Source: Candidatus Latescibacterota bacterium (GTDB lineage Bacteria > Latescibacterota > UBA2968 > UBA8231). From it: a stretch of DNA of 64,000 nt. The DNA is taken from assembly GCA_965243025.1 (NCBI GenBank), contig CBDETY010000003.1:1920001-1984000 (forward strand), written 5' to 3'. Below, piece after piece: positions 62,620 through 64,000 of this stretch. The notes beneath the pieces are model-generated. The model was not told the origin of the DNA and made no database searches. It was given only the letters and a program-made list of their open reading frames with translations. A program made the position numbers and the translations under genes. Each line of letters starts with the position of its first letter. The first letter of the stretch is position 1.

Positions 62620-63870
62620 TGTTGGCCGATGTTCCCTCCCTGGAGGAAATCCAGTATAGTTCAAAAACCCGGCTCGCTGCGCCAAGAACGCCTCTGGATC
62701 GAAGGAGCCGCTCTCCCTCTCCTAGGCTTCCAAGGGCGCCACTCCTGCGATCTCGCGGATCGAGGTGCTCAGGTAGACGGCGGCCAGCAGGTTCGCGGCA
62801 GGTGCCGCATGCGATGTCGTGGTGAACCGGGGCCAAGGCGTAAACCGGATCGCCGTTGTCTGAACCCCGGGAGTTCCGGGCGCTTGCCCGTGAGTCGATT
62901 ACAAGGGCTTCGCCGACGAGGATAGTCCTGCCGAGTCAGCTGCCCCTCCCGCGACTTCCAAACGACCCCCCGATCCAGCGGGTAACCGAGGAATCCTCTA
63001 TAGAAGCATTCCTGTCTCCGGCAGCGCCCGTTGGTCTAAGCAAGCCCCACGTCAGGGATGGTGCTATTCTTCCCCGGCCGGGGTGGGACTTCCTGTTTCT
63101 CAGGTCCCCGAACATTGGCTCTCCTTTGGCACTTGTCAATCAAACCGCATCGACCCTCAGGAACTCACGGCCTGCCCGGTCCGACTCGGATCCGATTGGA
63201 ATCCCGGGGTATCCGCTCCTTTCCGAGCTGTCTGTAACGGAACCCAAGCGGATGAGGATTTCTTCGTTGGGGAACCCCTCGAATCGAGACCCCACCGGAT
63301 CGTATCGGCGGAACCGCTCCTGGAAAGCGGCCAGTTGCGGATTTAAGGTGGAGGCCCTCGCAGTTCGCTCCTCAGCACCCGGTTTTTTCGCACCTCGCCG
63401 CTCAGTTCCTGAAATCTCCCCGAATCCCGATCCGGACTCAGATCCCTCCTCGATCAGGAGCGGTGGCCTTCCGATCCCCGGTACCGATTTCCCGAGGGGT
63501 GTGCAAGGCACCGACAGGATCGCCTCGCGAATCGTCGGCTTCTGCATTCTCCGTAGAAGAATGCCCTCTTCCGCAGGCGCGATCTCAGCAAATACCATGC
63601 CGGGGCACTCGCGCCTCGACCCGCCGATCCTGAAATCTTTCGGATAAACCGGCGATTGCCCGCTTCAGAATCTTTGCCCCTCCGAAGCGCCTCCTTCCGC
63701 GTCCTCTCGATTATCCGCAGACCCCCGGTCTTCTCCGCCTCGTAGCGCGACTCCGTTTCCCAGATCTCCGGAGACTGCCCCTCCCCTGACCTGCCCTCTC
63801 CCCCCCTTGCAGAATGCGCCAAAGTTTCCCGTCGCCATTACGGGGTTTTTTGAATTCCCCGAAAGCCGAC
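62620..63870. repeat. Longest block of the dispersed non-coding repeat family
   Basis: 62925-63870 matches the 21.5, 23.1, 26.6, 31.6 and 33.1 kb blocks in reverse complement; 62690-62920 carries similar motifs in direct orientation. Confidence 0.85.
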
Positions 63871-64000
63871 TTGATTTTTTAATCCAGCGGAATACACTAT
63901 AGGCACATGCAACGGGAAGCCGGCAGGATCCACCGCCGCTTCCCCAGTCCCTTCTGTCGGTGCCACGCCGACAGAGTCACATCCCACTGAAACCCGAAAG
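63871..64000 (+). promoter_or_regulatory. Promoter + two-hairpin leader, third copy (cut by the window end)
   Basis: TTGATT-16-TACACT; GGGAAG.CGGC/GCCGCTTCCC; TCTGTCGGTG-CCA-CGCCGACAGA; CCCACTGAAACCCGAAAG. Confidence 0.75.

Noticed and set aside
63140-63822. ORFs 63140..63598 and 63454..63822, and ORFs 23116..23751 and 23181..23516, as a conserved protein
   Set aside because: Homologous copies differ by frame-shifting indels and many first/second-position changes, so the conservation is at the nucleotide level

Overview
Bacterial window in two parts. Bases 1-21.1 kb are GC-rich core genome: a fatty acyl-CoA reductase-like gene, a lipid kinase, an Mla/Mce lipid transporter, folA, aspC, an IscS-type desulfurase, a GT3-like glycosyltransferase, a secreted protein with an NYPNPF-type tail and a DUF6785-type permease. 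These last two families suggest a Latescibacterota/Poribacteria-like, possibly sponge-associated host (inference). At 21107 a conserved host gene is cut off exactly at an IS1595-type end (GGGAATTAT). From there to the window end (>43 kb) is an accessory/defence island. It holds two IS1595 transposases, an IS630, an IS481 remnant, NYN-CSD and HEPN RNase genes, two sacsin/NO-VEIN ATPase-DUF3883 genes, and a phage-like small-ORF block (radC, ankyrin, SWIB-J fusion, HNH-Excalibur, XRE and Zn-fingers). It also carries a DNA phosphorothioation locus, pbeABCD-like + DUF262/DUF1524 + dndA<>dndBCDE. The most unusual signal is a dispersed family of degenerate, shuffled non-coding modules (one tandem period is 248 bp) plus a conserved promoter/two-hairpin/mini-ORF leader tied to the IS1595 transposase. 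These recur at six cargo junctions and suggest a large IS1595-driven cargo transposon with a structured non-coding component. All calls come from reading sequence motifs; no database searches were run.
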